Source: Lama guanicoe (Eukaryota). Taken from it: DNA of 64,000 nucleotides. Below, in pieces: positions 63,801 to 64,000 of the stretch (positions are counted from its first letter, which is position 1; each line of letters starts with the position of its first letter). A program made the position numbers and the translations under genes. Where the stretch lies: NCBI GenBank assembly GCA_013239625.1, contig MU054323.1:11553815-11617814 (forward strand), read 5' to 3'. The notes below the pieces were generated by a model. The model was not told the DNA's origin. It searched no databases and saw only the letters and a list, made by a program, of their open reading frames with translations.

Positions 63801-64000
63801 ACCATGGCCTCTATAAACTGTAAGCTATGCAAATAAATGTAAGGTAATATTACTATCCAAACGCAATTTAATCAGTGTGTGCTTGCTGAATTGATTTACA
63901 CGGCCATTGGCCTGTCTCAGTCCTGATTACTTCCACAAGTTTTTCCATTTGCCCCATAGTTTTTCATAGCTAAAATAAAACTCGATTTAAAAACTATCTG

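Noticed and set aside
1..64000. Prokaryotic-type systems (CRISPR arrays, operons, defence islands) or a novel multi-gene system
   Set aside because: The sequence is spliced mammalian DNA. I saw no repeat-spacer arrays and no long intact ORFs; the only supported gene is CAPN13.

Overview
This is mammalian nuclear DNA, most likely from a camelid (one Vic-1-type tRNA-Ala-derived SINE; I recognised no Alu, B1, Bov-A or PRE-1 elements). It holds the 5' part of calpain-13 (CAPN13) on the minus strand. Four coding exons (17057-16860, 8337-8259, 5626-5511, 308-175) splice in frame with canonical GT-AG sites into 175 codons plus 2 nt, including the intact catalytic motif [12 protein letters not shown]. 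The gene continues off the left edge. The non-coding first exon and promoter could not be located. The rest is intronic or intergenic DNA dominated by decayed transposable elements (L1, L2, L3/CR1, MIR, ERVL and MaLR LTRs, MER3, MER5, MADE2-like, Tigger1), microsatellites and one 358-nt assembly gap. Almost all ORF-track entries are spurious or L1 remnants. I found no convincing new biological system. The best leads are candidate gut-epithelial regulatory modules, a UG-flanked candidate cryptic exon, a window-wide L1 orientation bias, nested transposon insertions and a few hairpins or duplications. Repeat family names are from memory of consensus sequences, and repeat boundaries are approximate unless TSDs or TIRs are given.
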